From IMG/VR virus record IMGVR_UViG_3300017763_000006, positions 30,544 to 94,543 of that record: a DNA stretch of 64,000 nucleotides. One strand, 5' to 3'. The notes beneath the pieces were generated by a model. It searched no databases. It had not been told where the DNA came from and saw nothing but the letters and a program-made list of their open reading frames with translations. The stretch is from a virus. Of this stretch, positions 1 to 8,358 are shown piece by piece. The position numbers were made by a program, and so were the translations under genes. The stretch's first letter is position 1. The number at the start of each line of letters is the position of its first letter.

Positions 1-210
1 AACGAAGTAGAAGCCATAAAAAAAGCCGGAGGCATTGTTGTGCGACTAGACAGAAACGTCTACGACTCACCACATAAATGTGAGTCATCTCTGGACCAAG
101 AAAATTTTGATTGGAATAACTTTGACGTTATATTGAGAAATAACAATATTAAAATAGAAGAATTTATTGCAGGGCTAGAAGAAATACAACCTTTATGGAG
201 AAACTTATGA
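1..210 (+). CDS. Deoxynucleoside monophosphate kinase, C-terminal part (5' truncated by window; not in ORF track)
   Basis: Frame 1 reads NEVEAIKKAGGIVVRLDR...HKCESSLD...FDVILRN to TGA 208-210, matching the NE..AI...GG.V..L.R...H.SE pattern of T4 gp1-like dNMP kinases. Confidence 0.75.
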   Translation, partial: NEVEAIKKAGGIVVRLDRNVYDSPHKCESSLDQENFDWNNFDVILRNNNIKIEEFIAGLEEIQPLWRNL

Positions 211-1244
211 TAATAACTTATATTAGATCTTCAAGTTATAATAATTATGGATACTGCCAGATGCAATATTTCATTACATATGTCCTCGGACATCAATCAG
301 ATAGCGGCAAAAAAGCTGATATGGGGACTATGGTTCACAAAGTGATGGAGGTTTTGGCTGGACTCAAAAAATATGAACAGGATAAGCCTAAAGTCAAATT
401 CCTAAAGGTTGACGACGACGCTATTGGTAAATTTAAGTGCAAGAAAGAAGAACTATATACTGACGAGCTAGTCAATAAATTAATTGATCTTAGCATAGAT
501 GCTTATGAAAAAAACTCTCCCCATAGCTTTAACAATAAAGACAGAGGCGAAATAGCCACAACAGCATGGTGCTTCTTAAAGCATAGCGACAGGCAGTTCG
601 ATCCGAGACTAAGAAATATACACTACCCAGAACCACATTTTGATATACCAATTGAAGAAGATTGGGCTAAGTTTGAATACGAAATAGATGGCAAGATAGT
701 GCAAGGACAGTTAGCAATCAAGGGAACAATTGACCTTGTAACTAAAATAGACGACGAGACAATAGAGGTAGTAGATTGGAAAACTGGTAGGAGAATGGAT
801 TGGACTACTGGAGAAGTTAAGGACTACAAGAAGTTGGAAAACGACCCGCAACTTCTGCTTTATTATTATGCTATATCCAAACTATACCCAGAGTTTCCTA
901 ACAGAATTATGAGTATATTTTTCTATAAAGATAAAGATGGCAATCCTGATCCATCGCCCTTCAGTTTGTGTTTTTCCCCAGAAGATGAGGATAGGTTTCT
1001 TGATATGCTAAAAGACAGATTTCAAGAAATACAGCGAAATGTATCCCCAAAACCCATTTCTAAGGACAGAAGCCACTGGAAATGCACTAGATTGTGCCAT
1101 TTCTGTAAAAACGATTGGCCCGATAGTGGAGAAAATATGTGTATATTTATAGAGAATCACTTAAAAGAACACGGAATGAAAAAAACTATTGCAGATTGTA
1201 GTAGGGATGGATTTGACATAGGATATTATGAAGCACCGGGATAA
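207..1244 (+). CDS. Cas4/RecB-like PD-(D/E)xK exonuclease with probable Fe-S cysteines
   Basis: S.SS...Y..C..QY N-terminus, GTMVH, GTIDLV, VVDWKTG, QLLLY, C-terminal CTRLCHFC; start at 207 preferred (GGAG at 197-200, ATGA overlap with upstream stop). Confidence 0.85.
   Translation: MIITYIRSSSYNNYGYCQMQYFITYVLGHQSDSGKKADMGTMVHKVMEVLAGLKKYEQDKPKVKFLKVDDDAIGKFKCKKEELYTDELVNKLIDLSIDAYEKNSPHSFNNKDRGEIATTAWCFLKHSDRQFDPRLRNIHYPEPHFDIPIEEDWAKFEYEIDGKIVQGQLAIKGTIDLVTKIDDETIEVVDWKTGRRMDWTTGEVKDYKKLENDPQLLLYYYAISKLYPEFPNRIMSIFFYKDKDGNPDPSPFSLCFSPEDEDRFLDMLKDRFQEIQRNVSPKPISKDRSHWKCTRLCHFCKNDWPDSGENMCIFIENHLKEHGMKKTIADCSRDGFDIGYYEAPG
1139..1150 (+). promoter_or_regulatory. Possible variant of the GTGTATAATA promoter-like motif (GTGTATATTTAT)
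   Basis: Lies about 100 nt upstream of the 1247 glycosyltransferase; shares the GTGTATA core with the - strand copies. Confidence 0.3.
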
Positions 1245-1246
1245 AA

Positions 1247-2101
1247 ATGTCTAAATTATTAACCATAGGAATGGCAACTTACGACGATTATAATGGAGTT
1301 TATTTCTCCTTACAATCGCTTAGAATGCATCACGATATTTGTAAATCTGAAGATGTGGAAATTATTTTAATAGATAATAATCCTGATTCTCCACACGGAA
1401 GAGCAAACGAAAATCTGATGAAATGGATAAAGAATGGTAAGTATGTACCATATACTTTAAAGCGTAGTACGTCAGTTAGAAATGAAATCTTTAGAAGAGC
1501 AGAAGGAAAATATTGTATATCAATGGACTGTCATGTATTATTCTACAATAATGCTATCGATAGATTACTAGATTATTACAAGGCAAATCCAGATTGTAAA
1601 AACATAGTACAAGGACCATTAATTTATGATCACTTATTAGAATCCGCTGCGTCAACACATTTTAAGCCCGAATGGGGTTCTGGAATGTATGGCAAGTGGG
1701 AGACTGATCACCAAGCACTAAAAACTGGAGAACCCTTTGAAATACCAATGCAAGGTCTAGGGGTTTTTTCCTGCGAGACAAAACACTGGGTAGGATTTAA
1801 TAAAAAGTTCAGAGGATTTGGAGGAGAAGAAGGATACATACATGAAAAGTTTAGACAGTTTGGAGGCAAAGCAATATGCCTGCCAGACTTCAAATGGGTT
1901 CATAGATTCGATAGACCTGATGGAGTAAAATATCCGCTCGTATTAGAAGATAGAGTTTGGAATTATTTTGTAGGTTGGCTTGAGCTTACACAAGATCCAG
2001 AACATGAAATGATATCTCAAATTTATGAACATTTTAAAACAAGAATACCAGTAAAGAGTTTAGATACGTTATTACAAAGGGCAATCAAAGAAACTTTATA
2101 G
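1247..2101 (+). CDS. GT-A glycosyltransferase (GT2/GT27-like)
   Basis: LTIGMATY, ILIDN, DxH metal motif (MDCH), FRGFGGEE resembling the WGGE motif of Gal/GalNAc transferases, W.H.F. Confidence 0.85.
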   Translation: MSKLLTIGMATYDDYNGVYFSLQSLRMHHDICKSEDVEIILIDNNPDSPHGRANENLMKWIKNGKYVPYTLKRSTSVRNEIFRRAEGKYCISMDCHVLFYNNAIDRLLDYYKANPDCKNIVQGPLIYDHLLESAASTHFKPEWGSGMYGKWETDHQALKTGEPFEIPMQGLGVFSCETKHWVGFNKKFRGFGGEEGYIHEKFRQFGGKAICLPDFKWVHRFDRPDGVKYPLVLEDRVWNYFVGWLELTQDPEHEMISQIYEHFKTRIPVKSLDTLLQRAIKETL

Positions 2102-2111
2102 GGAGCATAAA

Positions 2112-2687
2112 ATGCCAACACCATTATCACAAGTAGATGAAGAGTTTATTCGCACTATGTACGGATGGGAAGAAGAACTCACAGAAGAAAACTTCTATGT
2201 GCCAGCAGAAGCAGAGTACGAAGATTTTGATGAAGAAACAGAAGAACATGACGCTGCATCATTGTGGGAAAATATTCGCAAGAAGAAGGAACGAGAAGGT
2301 AAAAACTACAAGCCAGCTAAGAAAGGCGACAAGGACAGGCCAGATCCAGAAGCTTGGAAAAAGGCACAGTCTAAGAAACCGTGCGCTTGTGGTACTGGAA
2401 AGGAAGAAAAAGAAGCAGAAGGGTGTGGATGTAAGGGTAAAGCAGCCGAGTATCAGGGGAAAAAAGTAAAATTGGGCAAGCCCTTTTTGACTCCTGATGG
2501 GCCTAAGAAAAGAAGCGTTTATGTTAAGAATGGATCTGGCAATGTAGTCAAAGTTAATTTTGGCGACCCCAACATGAAGATTAAGAAGAATGATCCTAAT
2601 AGACGTAAAAGTTTTAGAGCTAGGCACAATTGCGACAATCCCGGTCCAAGGTGGAAAGCTAGATACTGGTCTTGCAAGGCTTGGTAA
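2112..2687 (+). CDS. Modular acidic/basic small protein, probable virion internal protein
   Basis: Acidic N-terminus, SLWENIRKK module, and C-terminal AEYQGKKVKL...FGDPNM...RRKSFRARHNC...YWSCKAW domain that recurs in aquatic phages. Confidence 0.6.
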   Translation: MPTPLSQVDEEFIRTMYGWEEELTEENFYVPAEAEYEDFDEETEEHDAASLWENIRKKKEREGKNYKPAKKGDKDRPDPEAWKKAQSKKPCACGTGKEEKEAEGCGCKGKAAEYQGKKVKLGKPFLTPDGPKKRSVYVKNGSGNVVKVNFGDPNMKIKKNDPNRRKSFRARHNCDNPGPRWKARYWSCKAW

Positions 2688-2688
2688 A

Positions 2689-2949
2689 ATGAATTTTCAC
2701 AAAAGATGGAATGAACACCTAAAAGAAAATAATATGACCTATTGGCAACACCTCAAGTTTGCCGTAGGTCATGGGTTGTGTTGTGTTAAAGCTGGTATAT
2801 ATTTATGCATACATGGCTTGATGCCTTGTTTTAGGCGTAGAGCCGGAAGTAGGTTGGTACGACGACTCAACAAAGACTTCACCGATCACAAGTACGATAT
2901 CATAACAGAAAAAGCCAAGAAGAGGTCAGATAATGAGCCTAATAAATAA
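2689..2949 (+). CDS. DUF6356-like small protein
   Basis: HL....TY..H..FA...IH...P.F pattern; ATG 2689 directly after upstream stop (track start 2590 overlaps previous gene). Confidence 0.6.
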   Translation: MNFHKRWNEHLKENNMTYWQHLKFAVGHGLCCVKAGIYLCIHGLMPCFRRRAGSRLVRRLNKDFTDHKYDIITEKAKKRSDNEPNK

Positions 2950-3631
2950 AGTAGCTTCTATTATAAGTACGTCAAGCAACATTGATGACGTAGTATATTT
3001 AAAAAACAAAATTCAATATGACGATGATCTAAGAACCTTAGACATTGATCTAAAGAGTATTATACCAGCCCCACCCAAAAACAGTAGCAGCACAACAACT
3101 AGAGAATTAGTACAAACCTCAAAAGCAACTTTGTCTCGTACAAATGCTGAACATGATCTAGTTTCTATAGTTGACCACGAACCTTTGTTTCTATTTTACG
3201 AATTTTGTAAAAAGAAAAATATAGTTTTTCCCACGATGAAATTTTTTGAAGCTTTTAATATTATTGAACAATACTCTTTTGCTCTAAAGTATTTATACAA
3301 CAGACCCAGACCAGAGCAACTAGCCCCTTATCACAATTTAGATATCAACGTAGTGTTTACAGAGACACACCATACACCCTCGTACCCTAGCGGTCACACT
3401 ATTTACTCAGAACTTGCTGCACATATAGTTTCTGAAGAGTACCCAGAATACAAAAAAGATTTTTTTACTATATCAAACTATTGCGGACTAGCTAGAATAC
3501 TACAGGGCGTACACTATGCTTCAGACAATGAAGCTAGCAAAATTGCACTAAGTAAGTTGTATCCATTATTAAAGGAGCTTGAAAATGAGAAATCAAAAAG
3601 AACCATCACGAATCCCACTGTCGGATCGTGA
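2933..3631 (+). CDS. PAP2-superfamily phosphatase
   Basis: All three PAP2 motifs: KYLYNRPRP, PSYPSGH, ARILQGVHYASD. Confidence 0.9.
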   Translation: MSLINKVASIISTSSNIDDVVYLKNKIQYDDDLRTLDIDLKSIIPAPPKNSSSTTTRELVQTSKATLSRTNAEHDLVSIVDHEPLFLFYEFCKKKNIVFPTMKFFEAFNIIEQYSFALKYLYNRPRPEQLAPYHNLDINVVFTETHHTPSYPSGHTIYSELAAHIVSEEYPEYKKDFFTISNYCGLARILQGVHYASDNEASKIALSKLYPLLKELENEKSKRTITNPTVGS

Positions 3632-3710
3632 ACCTACTAATGAACCAGTAAGACGGCCTCTTACACCTTTGACCGGAGACGAAAGGGAACAAGAACAGGA
3701 TGAAAATTAA
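3585..3710 (+). CDS. 41-aa small ORF MRNQKEPSRIPLSDREPTNEPVRRPLTPLTGDEREQEQDEN (below track cutoff)
   Basis: AAGGAG Shine-Dalgarno upstream of ATG 3585; fills the 3632-3699 gap and overlaps both neighbours. Confidence 0.55.
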   Translation: MRNQKEPSRIPLSDREPTNEPVRRPLTPLTGDEREQEQDEN

Positions 3711-4497
3711 AGTATTTGCTTTTCAGAAAGATGAAGACGATATACTTAGGGATTGGATAGAATATCATAGCTATCTTTTTGGAAAAGAAAACATATATAT
3801 AATTGACCATGATTCTAAAGACAGTAAGTCTATAATCACAAACAGTGGAGCTAACCTACTTCACTTTTCTGGCCCCTTTGTTCACAATAAAGGTATTCAG
3901 TTAACTAAGGTCATGAATGATAATAAAAATTCATGTGACTTTGTAATACCTTTAGATGTAGATGAATTTCTTATGACACAAGATGGAGGCGTAGAAAAAG
4001 AAGATGTGTTAGAATGTTTTAAAGACCTAAAGGGTTGTGGTGCTTACAAAATAGTTTCATATTCAATACCGGGGCATGATAAAGATCCACTCACTGAATT
4101 TACATCTGTAAGGGACAATCCTGATCATGGAAGACTTCGCAGATGGAAAACATTCTGGAGATCAAAAAACTTTGTAAGGACAGATCAAGGAAATCATGGC
4201 TGGGAAGAAGGCCCATACGAAAAAACAAAATTAGGAATGTTACACTTTCACGACAGAGGTTTTGAGCATTACAAAAGAAAATTTTTAAGGTGGCCTAAAG
4301 CTTATGGAGTAGTGGGCGATCAATTAAAGGGTGGCGCTCATTGGTACGAACAGTGGGAAGTAATTAAAGATATGAACAACAAAGAAATGTTTGAGCATTG
4401 GAAAAAAACTATTATTGCTCCAAAAAACAATGTAAGTAAATATGAATCATTCATGTTTAAAATAAAAGAATTAAGAAAACTAAGAGGGAAACAATGA
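3700..4497 (+). CDS. Glycosyltransferase family 2-like (Glyco_tranf_2_4 type)
   Basis: KDEDDILRDWIEYH, YIIDHDS.D, PLDVDEFL (DxD). Confidence 0.85.
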   Translation: MKIKVFAFQKDEDDILRDWIEYHSYLFGKENIYIIDHDSKDSKSIITNSGANLLHFSGPFVHNKGIQLTKVMNDNKNSCDFVIPLDVDEFLMTQDGGVEKEDVLECFKDLKGCGAYKIVSYSIPGHDKDPLTEFTSVRDNPDHGRLRRWKTFWRSKNFVRTDQGNHGWEEGPYEKTKLGMLHFHDRGFEHYKRKFLRWPKAYGVVGDQLKGGAHWYEQWEVIKDMNNKEMFEHWKKTIIAPKNNVSKYESFMFKIKELRKLRGKQ

Positions 4498-5039
4498 AGA
4501 ATTACAAAGAAATCAGTGGATGGTTTAATTATGTTGATACGTTTGATTATTTAGTAAGCAACACTCCAGATGGAGGAACTTTTGTTGAATGTGGTGCATG
4601 GCTAGGTAAAAGCTCAAGTTATTTATGCAGTATTGCAGAAGCTAAAAACTTGAAAATATACATAGTTGATTCTTGGAAAGGATCTCCAACAAGATTAGCA
4701 ACTACGCATAAGTTAGCTACAGAAACCGATATATTTGAAATTTTTAAATCAAATTTAGAAGGCGCAAATTATACAGCGATAAGAGACTTGTCGGTTAATG
4801 CATGTAAAAAATTTGAAGACAATTCATGCGACGTTGTATTTATAGACATGGATCACGAATACGAATCAGTAAATAAAGATATAGATCTTTGGTTTCCGAA
4901 GGTAAAAAAGAATGGCATAATTGCTGGTCATGACTATTCAGGTGGGTGGCCCGGAGTGATTAGAGCTGTTGATGAGCATTTTGGAAAATCTAATATCACT
5001 AAAATGGGGCAATGTTGGATATATAAAAAGGAAGCATAA
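4494..5039 (+). CDS. Class I SAM methyltransferase (Methyltransf_24-like)
   Basis: VECGAWLGKS, IVDSW, FIDMDHEYE, GIIAGHDY. Confidence 0.88.
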   Translation: MKNYKEISGWFNYVDTFDYLVSNTPDGGTFVECGAWLGKSSSYLCSIAEAKNLKIYIVDSWKGSPTRLATTHKLATETDIFEIFKSNLEGANYTAIRDLSVNACKKFEDNSCDVVFIDMDHEYESVNKDIDLWFPKVKKNGIIAGHDYSGGWPGVIRAVDEHFGKSNITKMGQCWIYKKEA

Positions 5040-5042
5040 TAT

Positions 5043-5558
5043 ATGCATAAATCAGCATACAAACATGCAGAAAATTTCTACAATAAATACTGCAAAGAAA
5101 ATATAAAGAATAAAATAGTAATAGATATCGGATCTTTAGATGTGAATGGTACAGTAAACCCAATATTTAAAGATGCTAAACAATATGTTGGCATAGATCA
5201 GTGCGCTGGTAAGAATGTAGATATAGAAGCTAGTTCTCACAGTATACCATTAGAAGATCAACATTGTGATATTACTATGTCTTCATCTTGCTTTGAACAT
5301 GATGATATGTTTTGGGTCTCTTTCTTGGAGATGTGTAGAATTACTAAACGTGGAGGATACATATATGTACAAGCTCCGTCAGATGGAAAATACCACGCGC
5401 ACCCAGTTGACAACTGGAGGTTCTATAAAGACTCTTGGGACGCGCTAAGAAAATGGGCAAAGTTAAATGATTATAACCTTGAATTAATTGAAGGATTTGT
5501 AGACGAAAAAACAGATGGACATTGGCACGACAGCATTGGAATTTATAGAAGAGTGTAA
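5043..5558 (+). CDS. Class I SAM methyltransferase (Methyltransf_11-like)
   Basis: VIDIGSLDVNG, YVGID, SSCFEHD, RITKRGGYI. Confidence 0.88.
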   Translation: MHKSAYKHAENFYNKYCKENIKNKIVIDIGSLDVNGTVNPIFKDAKQYVGIDQCAGKNVDIEASSHSIPLEDQHCDITMSSSCFEHDDMFWVSFLEMCRITKRGGYIYVQAPSDGKYHAHPVDNWRFYKDSWDALRKWAKLNDYNLELIEGFVDEKTDGHWHDSIGIYRRV

Positions 5559-5572
5559 AAAACTCGTCATCT

Positions 5573-5581
5573 TGCTATAAT
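5573..5581 (+). promoter_or_regulatory. Extended -10 promoter (TGnTATAAT) upstream of dnaE-N
   Basis: TGCTATAAT in the 5559-5617 intergenic gap. Confidence 0.5.
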
Positions 5582-5617
5582 TTAATAGGACAGGTTACAC
5601 GTTGCAAAAGGATAAGT

Positions 5618-7177
5618 ATGAATTGGTTCCCGTTGCATAATTTCACACATTACAGCTTATTAAAAGGTTTCTCAAAGCCTACAGAGCTTGCCAAGATATG
5701 CGCTGATAATGATTACCCAGCCTGTGGTATCGCAGACTATAAGACTATATCTGGATGCGTTTCGTTTTATCAGGCTTGTAAGAAAGTTGGCATAAAGCCT
5801 ATACTTGGATGTGCCTTCGACACCAATACTGTATTTGCAAAAAATAAAAAAGGTTGGTTTGACTTAATAGAACTAGTTTCTTCTATAGATGTATCTGGAG
5901 ATTTAGACGATAAATTTTATAAAGAAGTTATGTCTAGAGATAATCTTATATCTGTAGAAAAAAATATATCTGCTAGCTATTATGTAAAATCAGAACAGGC
6001 CAGACTGCACAGAGTATTGCTATGTTCTGAACTAAAAACAAATCTACCAAAAATACAAAAACAAATACGAAAGGGAGAACTAGACAATAAATATTTAGAA
6101 TATTTTACAAAAGAAGACAAGTTCGTACAGCCCCAACAAGTTACCAAACAGCTAGAAGAAATATATAACACCTGTGAAGAATATGATATTCTCAGTGGGC
6201 CAATGCTTCCTAAGTTTGTATGTCCAAACAATTTATCAGAAGAAGACTATCTAACCAACATGGCTCGTGAAGGATATAAAAAGTTAGTAAAAAGCAAGGT
6301 GGGTAAAGATAAAGACAAACAGCAAGTCTATGGAGACAGATTTAGAAAAGAGTTAAAAGTAATTAAAGATGCAGACCTGTTTGGTTACTTTTTGATTGTA
6401 CAAGATATTATTAGACACATAGAAAAAGATATGAGATGTTTAGCTGGGCCGGGAAGAGGGTCTGCTGCTGGTTGTTTAATATCATATCTGGTTGGCATTA
6501 CTAAAATTGACCCTGTAGAACATGATCTATTATTTGAAAGATTCTACAATGCTGGTCGTAATACTGGAGGTCACGTTTCTCTGCCGGATATTGACATGGA
6601 CGTTCCGGGCAAGAGAAGAGATGATGTTATAGATTATTTAAAAACTAAATATGGCAAAGACCATGTAAGCCAGATGATTACGTTTGGTAGATTGCAAGGA
6701 CGAAGCGCTATTAAAGAAGTGCTTAGGATAAATGATGCTTGTTCTTTTGCAGAAATGAACGCTATAACAAAAAGCATACCAAACGAAGCTGACATATCAG
6801 ATCAACTTGCAGAAATGGAAGACGAAGATAGATCAATTATAAGATGGTCCTTGCTAAACCGTGCGGATGAGCTGCGAGACTTCTGCCATATTACAGAGGA
6901 TGGAAAACTTGAGGGTGATTACGCTGAGTATTTTCAACAAGCGATTAATATAGAAGGAACATTTAAGACACAAGGCAAACACGCCGCTGGAGTAGTGATA
7001 TCAAAAGATCCTCTCCACACTGTTTGCCCGATGGTTAAACAGAAAGGATCTGACGAAAAAATAGCGGGATTAGAAATGGCAGACCTAGAAGCTTTAGGTC
7101 ATGTAAAGTTCGATGTTTTAGGAATTAACCTCTTAGACAAACTCATGAAAATTAAGGAACTAACTAATGGCAAATAG
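5618..7177 (+). CDS. dnaE: DNA polymerase III alpha, N-terminal half (shortened PHP, palm, thumb)
   Basis: HYSLL.G PHP start, GPGRGSAAG, LLFERF, PDIDMD (catalytic Asp pair), GKHAAGVVI, KFDVLG (third catalytic Asp); ends about 17 aa later. Confidence 0.95.
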   Translation: MNWFPLHNFTHYSLLKGFSKPTELAKICADNDYPACGIADYKTISGCVSFYQACKKVGIKPILGCAFDTNTVFAKNKKGWFDLIELVSSIDVSGDLDDKFYKEVMSRDNLISVEKNISASYYVKSEQARLHRVLLCSELKTNLPKIQKQIRKGELDNKYLEYFTKEDKFVQPQQVTKQLEEIYNTCEEYDILSGPMLPKFVCPNNLSEEDYLTNMAREGYKKLVKSKVGKDKDKQQVYGDRFRKELKVIKDADLFGYFLIVQDIIRHIEKDMRCLAGPGRGSAAGCLISYLVGITKIDPVEHDLLFERFYNAGRNTGGHVSLPDIDMDVPGKRRDDVIDYLKTKYGKDHVSQMITFGRLQGRSAIKEVLRINDACSFAEMNAITKSIPNEADISDQLAEMEDEDRSIIRWSLLNRADELRDFCHITEDGKLEGDYAEYFQQAINIEGTFKTQGKHAAGVVISKDPLHTVCPMVKQKGSDEKIAGLEMADLEALGHVKFDVLGINLLDKLMKIKELTNGK

Positions 7178-7847
7178 AGATTACATCGTATTCGACTTTG
7201 AAACAGGAAGTCGTAACCCTCATAGAACACAACCAACACAAATAGCCGCAATAGCCCTAGACGGTCGAAATTTAGCCGTTAAGGGGTCATTTAATAGTGA
7301 GATAAAGCCCATACTAGATGACGAAAAAGCTTTAGAAGCTGGACTAGACCCCATAGAAGACGGAGCATTAAAAGTCACTGGTAAGAATCGTAAAGATCTA
7401 GCAAAAGCTCCAGCCTTAAAATCAGTATGGAATAAGTTTACTAAATTTGTAGACCAATATAATTGGAAGGGCGAACCATTTTTTGCTCCTATTCCAGTGG
7501 GATATAATATCATTGGGTTTGACATGCCGATAATCAATAGACTATGTGAACAATTTGGTCAGTGGGACAAGAGCAGGAGTCAGCAAAAACTGTTTAGTAA
7601 AGTATATAAAGTAGACCTTATGGATAATATTTTCATGTGGACAGAGGGTGATCCAAGTGTAAGGTCGATTAGTATGGACTCTCTACGAGAAAGAATGGGC
7701 CTATCTTCAGAAAATGCACACGATGCCTTGCAAGATGTGAAGGATACGGCTAATATCTTTATAAAGATGTTGAAGACTCATCGGGCAGTCTACCAAGAAA
7801 TTGAATTTGAAAAGGCATTTGCAAATGGACGAACATACGTATCATGA
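7167..7847 (+). CDS. dnaQ: DEDDh 3'-5' exonuclease (DnaQ/epsilon-like)
   Basis: ExoI VFDFETG, ExoII GYNIIGFD, ExoIII HDALQD. Confidence 0.92.
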   Translation: MANRDYIVFDFETGSRNPHRTQPTQIAAIALDGRNLAVKGSFNSEIKPILDDEKALEAGLDPIEDGALKVTGKNRKDLAKAPALKSVWNKFTKFVDQYNWKGEPFFAPIPVGYNIIGFDMPIINRLCEQFGQWDKSRSQQKLFSKVYKVDLMDNIFMWTEGDPSVRSISMDSLRERMGLSSENAHDALQDVKDTANIFIKMLKTHRAVYQEIEFEKAFANGRTYVS

Positions 7848-8358
7848 TTTGCCATACGGTTTGAAAAAAACATATAAAATTACTCCTAATGCAGAAGCAG
7901 CAGAGTTTTTACAAGCAGAAGTTCAAGAATTTTTTGGATATAAATCTAAATCCAAGAGAGAGAAATATGCTGATATATGGATTAACGAAAACTATGGCAT
8001 CAATGTTAAAACAGACAATCTAAATTCTCAACAGAACAAAGGTCGTCTTTGTACAGCAGAAGTTAATCAGTGGCTAAAAAATGAAAATAACAAATTATCA
8101 TTTATATTCATTGAGTATACTAACGACAATGGTGATCTAGAAATACAAAGCGTACAAACAAGAAACATAGAAGAGGTAGAATATGAAATAAGTAACCAAG
8201 GCAAAGGTCTACTACAACCAAAAAGGTACAGAAACAAAGTAGTGTTTAGATCAACCATATCTAGATCGGAATGGATGGAAGAATTTAAGATTAAGTATGC
8301 GGATTTTATTGACAAGCAAATAAAACGATTTGAAGAAAAGAAAAAACATTGGTGTTAG
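7825..8358 (+). CDS. Small PD-(D/E)xK-like endonuclease (restriction/homing-like)
   Basis: E...ADIWI...GINVKT motif; inserted inside the polymerase locus; ATG 7825 has AAAGG upstream (track start 7801 is TTG). Confidence 0.5.
   Translation: MDEHTYHDLPYGLKKTYKITPNAEAAEFLQAEVQEFFGYKSKSKREKYADIWINENYGINVKTDNLNSQQNKGRLCTAEVNQWLKNENNKLSFIFIEYTNDNGDLEIQSVQTRNIEEVEYEISNQGKGLLQPKRYRNKVVFRSTISRSEWMEEFKIKYADFIDKQIKRFEEKKKHWC

Noticed and set aside
207-1244. Cas4-like gene as part of a CRISPR-Cas locus
   Set aside because: No repeat-spacer array or other cas genes seen; solo Cas4-like exonucleases are common in phages
7178-8358. Split intein or group I intron interrupting dnaE
   Set aside because: No N-intein Cys block or C-terminal HN motif, and the interval is entirely occupied by two ORFs with no evident ribozyme core
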